64,000 nucleotides of DNA from an uncultured virus (IMG/VR IMGVR_UViG_3300042465_006264) (IMGVR_UViG_3300042465_006264); one strand, 5' to 3'; shown: positions 1-8,070, counted from the first letter of the stretch. Program-made: numbers and translations. The notes: generated by a model not told the origin, from the letters alone.

Positions 1-671
1 AAGGGCCAGAAGCTCAGAATGTACCGAGTGCACCATATGACCCTATAGAAGTTCCCGGACCACATTGGTATCAGACACCATCACCAAACCCTAACAACCC
101 ACCACCAAATGAAAATGCACCTCCAGACCCAATTGATTGGGAGGATATAGATGACAGATTCAGAGATGCCGAAGATGACATAAGACAACTTCTCAGAACT
201 TTAAGTGGTCTTTCTTGGGAACAAATTGTTAAATTTTTACAAAAACATTTTGGTGTAAACATACCAAATGATGCAGATTTATTTTTCTGGTTAAAAAACA
301 GAATAGAAGAACAAATGCAGGATTGGTTTGAAAGAACATACCCAAATTCTACCAATGAACAATTCCTAACCTATCAAGAACTTCTTCAGCAATGGTTTCA
401 AAGATTTCAATTTGATATTTTTGACGAATGGAGAGATCCAACCCAAAATCCTTCACCATACCCATATCCTCCCGGTGGACACCCACCAATAGATATTGGT
501 AATGAAGAAACTTGGCCAATGCCTTGGACAACACCCGGTCAGCGTGGAACTCCATACCAATCCCCAGATGTACCAGTAGAGCCATATTATCCCAGAGGTC
601 CAAATCGTTATTATCCAAGACCACCATCACCATACCCATATAATCCATATCCCGGAACTTATCAGGCATAA
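1..671 (+). CDS. Pro-rich hypothetical protein, 5'-partial
   Basis: Frame 3 is open from the window edge (GPEAQNVPSAPYDP...) through the listed 315..671 ORF to TAA. Confidence 0.75.
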   Translation, partial: GPEAQNVPSAPYDPIEVPGPHWYQTPSPNPNNPPPNENAPPDPIDWEDIDDRFRDAEDDIRQLLRTLSGLSWEQIVKFLQKHFGVNIPNDADLFFWLKNRIEEQMQDWFERTYPNSTNEQFLTYQELLQQWFQRFQFDIFDEWRDPTQNPSPYPYPPGGHPPIDIGNEETWPMPWTTPGQRGTPYQSPDVPVEPYYPRGPNRYYPRPPSPYPYNPYPGTYQA

Positions 672-673
672 AA

Positions 674-796
674 ATGAAAAGATTCATACAATTTTTAGAA
701 AATTATGATGTCTACCTTGATATGCCTATGGGGTTTAACAAAGAGGAAACCATAGAGTCAGAGGAAGAGGAAACTGAGGAAGAAGAGGAAGGGTAA
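674..796 (+). CDS. Small acidic protein (40 aa), possible internal head protein
   Basis: Manual translation MKRFIQFLENYDVYLDMPMGFNKEETIESEEEETEEEEEG. The N-terminus resembles T4 capsid-targeting leaders. Confidence 0.6.
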   Translation: MKRFIQFLENYDVYLDMPMGFNKEETIESEEEETEEEEEG

Positions 797-1100
797 AGAT
801 TGGGGAAGTTTGATGTGTTATAGGTAAAAGATTTTAAAGATTTTTAAGATAAGTTAGAGTTAAAGACCCTCTCACACCCTCTCAAAGGCCCTTTAAATGC
901 CATTACAGACGCTTTTAGACGCTTTATGGCCCGCAGCATGCCCAAATAGCCGACCTCCTATAAGCCATCCTAGGCTGTCAAGCAATTATTAATAAAATTA
1001 TTAAATATTTTGACAAATTTACAGCCTGTCCGCGACCCCCACGGTCTGCAAGGGGCCTCAGAGTGACAATTTAAGAAAATTTATAACAATTTTACATCTC

Positions 1101-1471
1101 GTCCATAATTTTTATCCTGTCCAGTAAATTATTCTTTATATCCCGTCCTAGGTCCTGTCCCAGCTGCACTGGGCCCCATAACCCGGATAGTAGTTATTAT
1201 TATTATCTTTATGGGGCCTGTCCTGCTGAATCCTGTCCCATAACCAGCAGGTAGCCCAACACCAAGCCCGATAACATAGCCAAAGTTATCAGCACCTGCC
1301 AAACGGGCCCGATAACAGTATAGCACAAAGCCCGATAACTGCAAGAGTTATCGCACCACCGAACATCGATATTATGGGTCTCAGGACTACGTGTATTATG
1401 GGGCTCAGTGATCAACGTCCCATAACTATAGCACGCAGGTCCTATAAGTCAAGGATCCAGTGGCCAATAAC
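1101..1471. repeat. Cluster of about 12 short CC(C/G)ATAA(C)-type motifs in both orientations
   Basis: gcccgataac at 1266, 1307, 1330; gtcccataac at 1235, 1417; gccccataac at 1173; reverse-strand variants at 1209, 1285, 1347, 1372, 1396. Confidence 0.75.
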
Positions 1472-1580
1472 TTGGACCAGGCTCCCAGGCACCAGAGCTC
1501 GGAGCTCTGAGTCATCCGGTCCAAGAATATTATTATTCTTTGCGGGATCCGTCCCGTCCAGCCCGTCCCAGGCCGTCCAG

Positions 1581-1628
1581 CTACTATCCAAGAAATCCGG
1601 AAGGGAAAGGCACCCTTCCGGATAGTAG
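1581..1628. repeat. Bulged hairpin element, copy 1
   Basis: CTACTATC-caagaa-ATC-CGGAAGGG-aaaggca-CCCTTCCG-GATAGTAG. Confidence 0.85.
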
Positions 1629-1709
1629 CCGGTGCCCCCCGCCAAAGACATAGGACCAGTCCAGGCTCTCTCCTTCCTGGCTGGTCCTATGCAATTGACT
1701 AAGCTTTAG

Positions 1710-3896
1710 TTAGGCGGTAAGCCCTCCGAAGGCAGAGAGGGAGTAGAGTCCCTGATCCATCTTGCGGAGGGGCTGACCCGCGATGATGTCCACATACTTG
1801 GAGAGGAACACGCGGCTACCCCCACGCTGCCCCATCGTCTTGACAAAGGTGTTCTTCACCTTGACGAAGGAACCCTTCTCGGCAATCGCGTCCTCGTCCT
1901 TGACGATCTTGGGAGTCTTGATGAGGAAGAACGCATCAAATCCGGGGAAGGCATCGTCCACGACGAGGATGCAGCCGTCCTTATACTGCTCACGGGCCTT
2001 CAGGTAGCGGGGAGCGTCCTCAATGCGGTAGGAGCGATCCCGGACACTCACCCACTCCTTCTGAGTGACGCAGAAGTTTTGGTAGTCGTGTTCGGAGAGG
2101 TTACGCTGACCGACGAACATCCCGACGATCCGGGCATTGAGGGTAGACCGCAGAGACTCCATGATCGTGGCGATCACGCCATTCGGCAGAGTCACGGCGT
2201 AGTTCTCGCAGGGGAACCGAATCACGGTATCGCTGATCTCATTGATGACCGTGAGCGAAGTGTTCTCCCCGGTTCGGTAGAACATCGTGCCCGCCTTGCT
2301 ATCGTCCATCACGCCGATGCTGTTGGGCTGACCATCCGTGACGAGCATGAGGGTCGGGATCTGAATGTTGTTCGCAGTCACCCACTCCTTCATCAACTGC
2401 GACACCATCATCATGGCCTCAACGGTGGGAGTACCGCCCATCGGCAGGAAGCCACGGTGGCCCTCCTTGCAGTACGAGGTATAGAGTCCCGCGAGAATCT
2501 TGTCCCGCTTCTCCTTGCTGTCGGCAGACGAGGCGAGGTTCACCAACTTGCAATTATAAACTCTAACCGAAGTCGGGGAGGGATTGACGAGGATGGGATC
2601 GGAAGGGTGCGTGAATCCGACACCCGCGTAGTCATCGGGGTTCTTCTTGTAGTATTCCTTCTGCGCCTGCTCCCGGTCACGGGTGTAGAGCGGGTGCGCC
2701 ATGTCCGTGAAGGCGTACACCTCAAACGGAATCTTGGCCTTCTCGCAGAACCAAACCAACTGAAGCACCTGAAGGATGCAATTCCCGATGGACGAAGCCA
2801 TCGACCCGCTGAAGTCGATCACGAACATGATGCCGTGATTCTTGCCCTCCTGCTTGATGATCTTGGAGAGGAAGATATCGTCGTGAGTCCGGTACTGATG
2901 CAGGCGATCAAGGTCGAGCATCCCGGTCTGCTTGGGGCGCTCACGACGAATCTCGTCTGCTGCCTTACGGCGCTCAAACTGCGCGACCAACTGCCGCACA
3001 AACGCATCGGACTCGCTGACGAACTGACGGTAGGGCGGGAGCGGGTCGATGCCAAAGACATGGCGCTGGCCCATGATCTCCATGAGGTCGGTGGTGCTGA
3101 CGATCTGCTTGTCCAAGTTGGCAAGCGGGGAGAGCGTGATGGTCGAAGCGTAGAAGTTGTCCCCGTCCTTCTTGCCGATGGCAGAGGACATATCAAGGAG
3201 TTCACTTCCGGGATCACCTTCCCCGGTCATGGAACTGCCCTCACCGGGAACGACCTTGCCCGTCTTGTCCCCCTTGCCATTGCCCTGCGCTGCAAACTTC
3301 TTCTTCAGCGCATCAACAGACTTGGCGAACTGCTGCGAACCGTACAGACGCTTGGCGAGGTCGATGACCTCATCGAAAGTCTCAACGGCAAGCACCTCAT
3401 CGACCACGGCCATCTCGTCCTCGCTCATGGCGAAGTTGAGGAATCCGGGAATGCCCCACTTGAGGTAGGTGTTGAGGCGGTTGAGGGCGGATGCCTTGCT
3501 GAAGTCCTTGCCCTTGAACTTGAACAGGTCGGTGTCGATGATCTCCTTGTAGCCCAAGAAGAAGTCCCGGCGCGTCCCCGGATACTTCTCCTTCATCAGA
3601 CGCTCAATGCGGACATCCTCAATGACATTCGCAATGACCTGAAGGGTCTGAATGCAGTAGCCCTCCTCGCCTGCCTGCTTGAGCAGCACCTCGGAACGCT
3701 CATAGGGAGTCCACAAGGCGTGGCTGATCTCATGCGCGACGAGCATGGACTGTAGGGTTTCGGAGACATTCCAAACGGGCATGACGAGGTGGCGGTTCTT
3801 GACATCGAAGGATGCCGTGCCAGCACTAGCGTCAAAGGCGAATGAAATGTTCTCGGTGGCGAGGGCGCGGGCAAAGATGGAGAGAGACTTGTTCAT
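1710..3896 (-). CDS. CobT-like protein: N-terminal HEXXH metallopeptidase-like domain and C-terminal VWA domain
   Basis: HEISH and downstream EDVRIE motifs; MIDAS motif DFSGS, GGTP and VTDG; lies next to a CobS-like ATPase as in T4-like phages. Confidence 0.85.
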   Translation of the reverse strand: MNKSLSIFARALATENISFAFDASAGTASFDVKNRHLVMPVWNVSETLQSMLVAHEISHALWTPYERSEVLLKQAGEEGYCIQTLQVIANVIEDVRIERLMKEKYPGTRRDFFLGYKEIIDTDLFKFKGKDFSKASALNRLNTYLKWGIPGFLNFAMSEDEMAVVDEVLAVETFDEVIDLAKRLYGSQQFAKSVDALKKKFAAQGNGKGDKTGKVVPGEGSSMTGEGDPGSELLDMSSAIGKKDGDNFYASTITLSPLANLDKQIVSTTDLMEIMGQRHVFGIDPLPPYRQFVSESDAFVRQLVAQFERRKAADEIRRERPKQTGMLDLDRLHQYRTHDDIFLSKIIKQEGKNHGIMFVIDFSGSMASSIGNCILQVLQLVWFCEKAKIPFEVYAFTDMAHPLYTRDREQAQKEYYKKNPDDYAGVGFTHPSDPILVNPSPTSVRVYNCKLVNLASSADSKEKRDKILAGLYTSYCKEGHRGFLPMGGTPTVEAMMMVSQLMKEWVTANNIQIPTLMLVTDGQPNSIGVMDDSKAGTMFYRTGENTSLTVINEISDTVIRFPCENYAVTLPNGVIATIMESLRSTLNARIVGMFVGQRNLSEHDYQNFCVTQKEWVSVRDRSYRIEDAPRYLKAREQYKDGCILVVDDAFPGFDAFFLIKTPKIVKDEDAIAEKGSFVKVKNTFVKTMGQRGGSRVFLSKYVDIIAGQPLRKMDQGLYSLSAFGGLTA

Positions 3897-3902
3897 GCGT
3901 GT

Positions 3903-3932
3903 ATCTTACCATACCGGGGTGCGAAATTGCAA
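3903..3932 (-). promoter_or_regulatory. Sigma70-type promoter, 18-bp spacer, leaderless
   Basis: TTGCAA-N18-TAAGAT-N6-ATG(3896). Confidence 0.75.
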
Positions 3933-3941
3933 GCCCATACT

Positions 3942-3969
3942 AAAGTTTTTTTAAAGTCCTATAACCGGC
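3942..3969 (-). repeat. Conserved upstream box, copy A
   Basis: GCCGGTTATAGGACTTTAAAAAAACTTT; near-identical copies at 5634 and 8887. Confidence 0.85.
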
Positions 3970-3991
3970 AGGGGGGTCCAGGGTGTCCGGG

Positions 3992-4035
3992 CTACTATCC
4001 GCGACCATCAAAAAGCAGCTGCTTTTTGATAGTAG
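3992..4035. repeat. Bulged hairpin element, copy 2
   Basis: CTACTATC-cgcgacc-ATC-AAAAAGC-agct-GCTTTTT-GATAGTAG. Confidence 0.85.
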
Positions 4036-4097
4036 TCTGCCGGTTCCTGGAGGGGACGGCGTAGCAGATGCCGTCCCCTCCACCGCAGAGCAACAGA

Positions 4098-4319
4098 TTA
4101 GGCCGGAACTGCGTTGAACAGAACCGTCAGGTCGTAGGTACGGGTGCTGACGCTGCTCTTGCACTCCTTCAGCACCCAAGTCGGGATGCCCTTCATGTTG
4201 ATGCTGTTTGCGACTGCAAGAAGATCGGACTTCTTGAACTCGTCAGCTTTGATGCCGTTGGACTCTGCGTGAGTCTTTGCGGCCTGAATGAAGCGATTGC
4301 GCTTGTTGAGGTAAGGCAT
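4098..4319 (-). CDS. Small basic hypothetical protein
   Basis: 73-aa ORF with a strong RBS (AAAGGAGG); directly downstream of the CobS-like gene. Confidence 0.8.
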   Translation of the reverse strand: MPYLNKRNRFIQAAKTHAESNGIKADEFKKSDLLAVANSINMKGIPTWVLKECKSSVSTRTYDLTVLFNAVPA

Positions 4320-4337
4320 TGTTAGTTCCTCCTTTCT

Positions 4338-5588
4338 TTAGGCGTTGAGGGCGTAGTTAGTGTTGGTTGCCTGCGGGGGCGCAGGGGGGTTAGTGTTCTC
4401 CATCCCCTCCGGGGCCGGGAGGATGGTCGGGTCGATCTTGGTGTAGAGGTTGAAGAACGCCTCCTGCGTGGACGCATCGAACCGCGTCAGCGTCAGGCGG
4501 ATCGCCTTCTGCTTGTCGTTGAAGATGGCAAACGCCTTGCAGACCTCCTCCAAACGGCGGGTCGTGATGATGTCATCCAAGCCGCCCTCCTTGAAGCCCA
4601 TACGGATCGTTTCCGCCCACTTGACGAGGTACTGCGCGAACTCCTTGTCGATCTTGCCGTAGTGCGTCATCTTGCGGATGATGATACGGGCCTCCACGGT
4701 ACGATCCGCGTACTCCTGCTCAAACCAATAGGAGAACCGATCCACGAAAGCCTCGTTCAAGCAGCGGGTTCCGACGAACCGATCAGACTCGCCCTTGCCC
4801 TTCGTGTTGGCCGTGGCGACCACATTGAAGCCCTGCGCGGGCTTGATGAACACGCCGATCTTCTTGATGAAGATGCCCTTGCCCTCAAGCACGGGCTGAA
4901 GGCACATCATCCGCTCCGTGCCCAAGTCGATCTCGTCCAAGAGAAGGACGGCACCGCGCTGCATGGCCTGAACCACACCACCGTAGACGAACTTCGTTTC
5001 GCCGTTGATGAGGCGGAACCCACCGATCAGGTCATCCTCGTCAGTCTCGGCGGTAATGTTGACGCGGATGCACTCGCGTCCCGTGGCCGCGCAAATCTGT
5101 TCGACCATCGTGGTCTTGCCGTTGCCCGACAGACCCGTAATGTAGACGGGCGCGAACTGCTTGGACGCGAGGATCGTGGAGATATCGTCGTAGTGTCCCC
5201 ACGGAACGAAAGTGTCGTTCTTGGCCGGGACGAGGGAGACTTCGGGCATGGACGCGATGAGGTTGTAGTTGCTGCTGCTCATGTTTGAAACGGTATCACA
5301 AGTTTCGGGTGCGGTCAAGGAATCTTCGGAAAGATTGTCAGAAGTTTCTGCATCCACGGAAACCATCTCCGGGATACGGTAGAAGCCACGGCCTGCACGG
5401 CGCGCAGGGTCTTGGACGAGCCAAGCCGGGAGAACCTTGTAGCAGTCGATCCCGGTCTGCTCACACTCAAGGAGAACCGTGACGCATTGCTGACGGCTGT
5501 AGACGGCATTAGCCACCGTTGCGGGTACGCCGTTGAACTTCTTGAGGACGGCGAGAAAGTTAGTCTTGCGGGTGTCAATGTTGCTCAT
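4338..5588 (-). CDS. cobS: CobS/MoxR-like AAA+ ATPase
   Basis: Walker A GLSGNGKTT, Walker B LLLDE, ATANTKGKG and NEAFVDRF motifs, typical of phage CobS-like proteins. Confidence 0.9.
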   Translation of the reverse strand: MSNIDTRKTNFLAVLKKFNGVPATVANAVYSRQQCVTVLLECEQTGIDCYKVLPAWLVQDPARRAGRGFYRIPEMVSVDAETSDNLSEDSLTAPETCDTVSNMSSSNYNLIASMPEVSLVPAKNDTFVPWGHYDDISTILASKQFAPVYITGLSGNGKTTMVEQICAATGRECIRVNITAETDEDDLIGGFRLINGETKFVYGGVVQAMQRGAVLLLDEIDLGTERMMCLQPVLEGKGIFIKKIGVFIKPAQGFNVVATANTKGKGESDRFVGTRCLNEAFVDRFSYWFEQEYADRTVEARIIIRKMTHYGKIDKEFAQYLVKWAETIRMGFKEGGLDDIITTRRLEEVCKAFAIFNDKQKAIRLTLTRFDASTQEAFFNLYTKIDPTILPAPEGMENTNPPAPPQATNTNYALNA

Positions 5589-5594
5589 GCCCCA

Positions 5595-5624
5595 ATCTTA
5601 CCACACTCCCCCTCCAAAAGTCAA
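5595..5624 (-). promoter_or_regulatory. Sigma70-type promoter, 18-bp spacer, leaderless
   Basis: TTGACT-N18-TAAGAT-N6-ATG(5588). Confidence 0.8.
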
Positions 5625-5633
5625 CAGCGGAGT

Positions 5634-5660
5634 AAAGTTTTTTAAAGTCCGATAACCGGC
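5634..5660 (-). repeat. Conserved upstream box, copy B
   Basis: GCCGGTTATCGGACTTTAAAAAACTTT. Confidence 0.85.
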
Positions 5661-5720
5661 AGTCTAGTTCCAGGTGCAGCTGGTACTACACCATCCCATC
5701 CGAAATTATTATTATGTCCG

Positions 5721-5768
5721 CTACTATCCGGAATCGGGATGGTCTAAAGCTGACCATCCCGATAGTAG
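5721..5768. repeat. Bulged hairpin element, copy 3
   Basis: CTACTATC-cgga-ATC-GGGATGGTC-taaagct-GACCATCCC-GATAGTAG. Confidence 0.85.
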
Positions 5769-5773
5769 TCCTC

Positions 5774-5810
5774 AAAAGAACAGGACACCGGGCTCAATGC
5801 CGGTGTCCTG
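5774..5810 (-). terminator. Intrinsic terminator
   Basis: CAGGACACCGG-loop-CCGGTGTCCTG followed by TTCTTTT on the minus strand. Confidence 0.65.
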
Positions 5811-5852
5811 AATATGAAGGAAGGTTTATCCCCCTAGCATCTCACTAGGGTA

Positions 5853-6122
5853 TTAGGCTTCCGTGTTGTAGTAGGCTGAAGTGTAAGGAGCCTTCTCCTT
5901 GTTGAGTGACTTGTGCATCGAATCAACGCTCTGAATCCTTCGATCCAAGTTTTCGCAGCGAGTGCGAACCCAGTCAAATTCCGCCTTGACAAACTCGGTG
6001 TTCGTTCTGATGTCCTCAAACACTTCACGCTTCATTGCCTGCATCGTGTGCATGATGTGTCGATACACCATGTACAGAGACAGGACTGCCGCGATGCCCC
6101 AACCGATGAACTGAAGTTCCAT
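5853..6122 (-). CDS. Hypothetical membrane-anchored protein
   Basis: Start MELQFIGWGIAAVLSLYMVY overlaps the upstream stop; N-terminal hydrophobic segment followed by a helical region. Confidence 0.7.
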   Translation of the reverse strand: MELQFIGWGIAAVLSLYMVYRHIMHTMQAMKREVFEDIRTNTEFVKAEFDWVRTRCENLDRRIQSVDSMHKSLNKEKAPYTSAYYNTEA

Positions 6123-6403
6123 TAGCGCGAACCTCCGTTCTCTCGGTTGATGACATTGGGAGCATCGTAACGCCTGCGAACCGTTGCGATGATGTTCTTG
6201 TACTGCATGGGCGTAGCAGAGAAGTTGATCTCGTTCCACTCTCCGTCATTGCCAATCTCGGTACGGAACCGAACATCGGAGTAACGCTTCTTCAGACCGT
6301 TCATGCAGCGGTAGGTGCGAGAGGTGTTGCTTGAAGCGTTGTCGCTCAAGTAGCCGATGGTGTAGTTGTACTTGCGAGTCTTGCTCTTCTTCTTAGTAAT
6401 CAT
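6122..6403 (-). CDS. Basic hypothetical protein
   Basis: Start MITKKKSK lies 7 nt after the -10 box TATACT. Confidence 0.7.
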   Translation of the reverse strand: MITKKKSKTRKYNYTIGYLSDNASSNTSRTYRCMNGLKKRYSDVRFRTEIGNDGEWNEINFSATPMQYKNIIATVRRRYDAPNVINRENGGSR

Positions 6404-6409
6404 GTGTCT

Positions 6410-6437
6410 AGTATACTCCAAGTTCGGGACAAGTCAA
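6410..6437 (-). promoter_or_regulatory. Sigma70-type promoter, 16-bp spacer, leaderless
   Basis: TTGACT-N16-TATACT-N6-ATG(6403). Confidence 0.7.
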
Positions 6438-6463
6438 GCAAAAAGATTCGTCTTTTTGCTGAA

Positions 6464-6539
6464 TGGGAAGGGCGGGAGTTGCACCCACATATTCGCGCTT
6501 ATAAGGCACGCGCTCTATCTACTTTTCAGCCACCTTCCC
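6464..6539 (-). tRNA. tRNA-Ile(UAU), atypical T-loop
   Basis: Acceptor stem GGGAAGG/CCTTCCC; anticodon arm CGTGC-CTTATAA-GCGCG; T-arm GTGGG-TGCAACT-CCCGC; no encoded CCA. Confidence 0.75.
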
Positions 6540-6641
6540 GAATCGCTAGTTTTACGGCTAGCGGTCAACCGTGCATTAGCAGAATGCCTCTGTGTGTTTT
6601 AGGGTTCCACCGAACCGTTTATAAAATAGTCATTGTGTTCC

Positions 6642-6821
6642 TCATAGGGAATCCTGAAGTTCGCCAAGCATCCTGATGACCTTGTCAAGTCGATCCCCGA
6701 TCTGATTGGGGGAGAGTCTGCCTTCATCGACATCGTTCCAAATCTCGCAGACATAATCATCGATGCGAGTCACCTTCTCGGAAAGCGTTTGGGCTTTGGT
6801 CTTCGTCTTGGTGTTTGCCAT
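6642..6821 (-). CDS. Hypothetical protein (59 aa)
   Basis: Manual translation MANTKTKTKAQTLSEKVTRIDDYVCEIW...QDSL; leaderless promoter upstream. Confidence 0.7.
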   Translation of the reverse strand: MANTKTKTKAQTLSEKVTRIDDYVCEIWNDVDEGRLSPNQIGDRLDKVIRMLGELQDSL

Positions 6822-6827
6822 GCGTTT

Positions 6828-6857
6828 ATCCTACCACACTCTGTGGTCATTTGTCAA
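6828..6857 (-). promoter_or_regulatory. Sigma70-type promoter, 18-bp spacer, leaderless
   Basis: TTGACA-N18-TAGGAT-N6-ATG(6821). Confidence 0.8.
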
Positions 6858-6858
6858 G

Positions 6859-6932
6859 CGTTCCCGGTTGGATTCGAACCAACGACCTGCTGCTTAGAAG
6901 GCAGCTGCTCTATCCAACTGAGCTACGAGAAC
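6859..6932 (-). tRNA. tRNA-Arg(UCU)
   Basis: Canonical cloverleaf; anticodon loop CTTCTAA; T-loop TTCGAAT; no CCA. Confidence 0.95.
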
Positions 6933-6935
6933 AAA

Positions 6936-7020
6936 TGGGATTGGTGGGACTTGAACCCACAAGACTTTAGAGGTCGGCAGATTTTGAGTCTGCTGCGTAT
7001 GCCGATTCCGCCACAATCCC
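6936..7020 (-). tRNA. tRNA-Leu(CAA)
   Basis: Cloverleaf with long variable arm; anticodon loop CTCAAAA; T-loop TTCAAGT; no CCA. Confidence 0.95.
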
Positions 7021-7029
7021 ATCGATTTG

Positions 7030-7058
7030 ATTCTACCACAGGTTTGGGGTATCGTCAA
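7030..7058 (-). promoter_or_regulatory. Sigma70-type promoter for tRNA-Leu/Arg, 17-bp spacer
   Basis: TTGACG-N17-TAGAAT with extended TG, 10 nt upstream of tRNA-Leu. Confidence 0.7.
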
Positions 7059-7446
7059 ATTTAAATTTCTGCTGAATTTTATTATAAAAATCAGCGTTTG
7101 CAGGAATGACAGACTCATGAAGACGACCTGGATTCAGGTGGTCATTGATGTCTGCCTTTGCATCCCAATAGGCTTCGATGAGTTCCTTCGGTGGGTTGGC
7201 ATTGCCCTCCAACCAAAGTTCCATGATGGCCTCCATGACGATGGCAAGGCGATCATATGCCTGAAGAGTCTTGATGTAGTGAGACTCGGGAATGGGGTTC
7301 AGACCACACTCCTCGTCAAGCTTTGCAAGGCGATCCAATGCCTCGTTCCGCTCCTTCATCAGACGCAGGGCATCATCTTCCCAACGGTCTGCCTGCTCGG
7401 TCAGGTCTGCGATCTTCTTATTGAGTTGTTCGATCTCGTCTTTCAT
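7033..7446 (-). CDS. Hypothetical coiled-coil protein
   Basis: ORF starting MKDEIEQLNKK just after tRNA-Lys. Confidence 0.7.
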   Translation of the reverse strand: MKDEIEQLNKKIADLTEQADRWEDDALRLMKERNEALDRLAKLDEECGLNPIPESHYIKTLQAYDRLAIVMEAIMELWLEGNANPPKELIEAYWDAKADINDHLNPGRLHESVIPANADFYNKIQQKFKFDDTPNLW

Positions 7447-7448
7447 AA

Positions 7449-7521
7449 TGCCTCCGGTGGGGTTCGAACCCACGACCAATAGATTAAAAGTCTACTGCGC
7501 TACCAACTGCGCCACAGAGGC
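7449..7521 (-). tRNA. tRNA-Lys(UUU)
   Basis: Canonical cloverleaf; anticodon loop CTTTTAA; T-loop TTCGAAC; no CCA. Confidence 0.95.
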
Positions 7522-7525
7522 GAAA

Positions 7526-7675
7526 CTAGGGACCCTGTTGAAGCCGGGTCCCAACCCGCGTACCCTTGATCTTACGGCAGTCATGGTCTTCGACTGCTAC
7601 GGTTGCCTGCCTACGGGGCTTCTCCTTGCGGAAAGGTATTGTCCCTAGGGGACACCAGCCGATTTACGGAAGGCT
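7526..7675 (-). ncRNA. Candidate structured ncRNA between a promoter and tRNA-Lys
   Basis: No credible ORF; several hairpins, a possible 8-bp closing stem CTAGGGAC/GTCCCTAG, and four CCGTA motifs. Confidence 0.45.
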
Positions 7676-7691
7676 ATTAGCTCATCCCCCT

Positions 7692-7721
7692 ATTATAACC
7701 GGGGGGACACGGTGCTGTCAA
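7692..7721 (-). promoter_or_regulatory. Consensus sigma70 promoter, 18-bp spacer
   Basis: TTGACA-N18-TATAAT-N6-ATG AGC TAA. Confidence 0.85.
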
Positions 7722-7722
7722 G

Positions 7723-8070
7723 TCAGTCCTCCTCGGATTCCTTCGGAGGGCCGAAACGATTCCTCTCCTCCTCACCTGCGTACTCCTCGTAGGTTTCGTT
7801 GATCTGCATGGTGACGAGCATCAGGACACCGGAAGAGAACACATCAAGTTCCTTCGCCATCTCCGGGTCGCGGATCATGTGCGCGCAGTACGACAGGGCG
7901 CAGCAGATTTCGAATCGGAGTTGGGCGTCTGCGTAGTACAGTTCACCCTTGTTGGCGATCACACCCAGCATCGACTCCACCACGGCGGGGATCGGCGGCT
8001 TGAAGTTCTGCACGCCCTTCGGCGGGGTCTTGGCGGTGAAGAAGTCGGCAAAGTCATCGGAGGGGTTCAT
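7723..8070 (-). CDS. Hypothetical protein
   Basis: 115-aa ORF; start overlaps the upstream stop; RBS GAAGGA. Confidence 0.75.
   Translation of the reverse strand: MNPSDDFADFFTAKTPPKGVQNFKPPIPAVVESMLGVIANKGELYYADAQLRFEICCALSYCAHMIRDPEMAKELDVFSSGVLMLVTMQINETYEEYAGEEERNRFGPPKESEED

Noticed and set aside
1101..1471. Possible CRISPR array
   Set aside because: The repeats are only about 10 bp, irregularly spaced and in both orientations, and no cas genes are present.
1129..1651. Short ORFs in the left non-coding region
   Set aside because: They overlap in conflicting frames, lack an RBS or promoter, and coincide with the repeat motifs and hairpins.
2079..3755. 558-aa plus-strand ORF (also 4662..5288, 8145..8789, 9817..10740)
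   Set aside because: These are antisense shadows of GC-rich minus-strand genes. They have no motifs or promoters, while the opposite strand has both.
4338..5588. Cobalamin biosynthesis or cyanophage assignment based on cobS
   Set aside because: No other cob genes or photosynthesis genes are in the window, and CobS-like ATPases are widespread in T4-like phages.
7526..7648. 5S rRNA, SRP RNA or tmRNA identity for the ~120-nt structured segment
   Set aside because: I could not recognise the conserved sequence motifs of these families; left as an unassigned ncRNA candidate.
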